NCBI RefSeq assembly: GCF_006345805.1
Contig: NW_021828240.1
Coordinates: forward strand, 1 to 8,789
DNA length: 8,789 bases
Reading direction: 5' to 3'
From: Octopus sinensis
Taxonomy: Eukaryota
The notes beneath the pieces are model-generated. The model saw only the letters and a list, made by a program, of their open reading frames with translations, ran no database searches and was not told the origin of the DNA. Shown in pieces: positions 8,294 through 8,789 of the stretch. The number at the start of each line of letters is the position of its first letter. The stretch's first letter is position 1. The position numbers and the translations under genes are program-made.

Positions 8294-8789
8294 TAATTAA
8301 TTAATTAATTTTACCCTCAATTGTTGAAATTATAATTCATCTCTCTCTACTTATTGTCTCGGATTTTACCGAAAAAACATAGTGTTTTGATGATTTAACC
8401 ACGCTGGTGGAAAGGGGAGAGCAGAAATTTTTCTCTTGCATATTTGAGTTGTTGGCACTGTAGTTTGGAGCAGATCTTCAGAAGCGATAACAAGCCGAAA
8501 GGGTATGCTCCCATTTTCAGTGTTTTCAAATTCAAACAAGGGCATTCTGAGCTGATGAGAGAAGGGTCGATTTTGACTAATCTTGAAACGTACGTACTCA
8601 AATAACCTTTGCATTTGATTTTTTAATGTCTCTACCCTCATACTTCTTGAGTTGAATTGAGCAAACACTATATGAGAGAGGTTTTCTTTAAGTGTTAGAA
8701 ATAGTTTTATAAAAAGTTTTTTAGCTGCTATTTCTAACGAGTTCAGTATGCGGCAAAGTAATTTATTTTATATAATGTAATAATTTGAA
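8291..8789 (+). repeat. 535-bp-family unit, diverged type 2, running off the window end
   Basis: Collinear with the type 1 unit, with many substitutions (roughly 85% identity by eye), a 17-bp extra segment at 8480-8496 and a 13-bp deletion after 8770. Confidence 0.92.

Overview
This is an AT-rich eukaryotic repeat window with no intact gene, and nothing in it supports a prokaryotic system or CRISPR array. From recall, not a database search, the SINE and LINE resemble octopus/cephalopod repeats. In order: a ~106-bp satellite that flips orientation at ~845 (1-1262); a decayed minus-strand CR1-group LINE ORF2 fragment with a YADD reverse-transcriptase motif (1263-2927); a (TA)n block at the centre of a 924-bp palindrome that duplicates the LINE 5' end; a second (TA)n block; and a ~535-bp tandem repeat in both orientations (4222-7412). 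These are followed by a third (TA)n block containing a tRNA-derived SINE with a stem-loop/microsatellite tail (7841-8077), and a diverged subfamily of the 535-bp unit, again in both orientations (8139-8789). The main unexplained structure is serial fold-back: each large (TA)n block lies between inverted arms, and the other joins show 2-3 bp microhomology. This could be real template-switch rearrangement or an amplification/long-read assembly artefact; the indel-rich differences between repeat copies keep the artefact explanation open.
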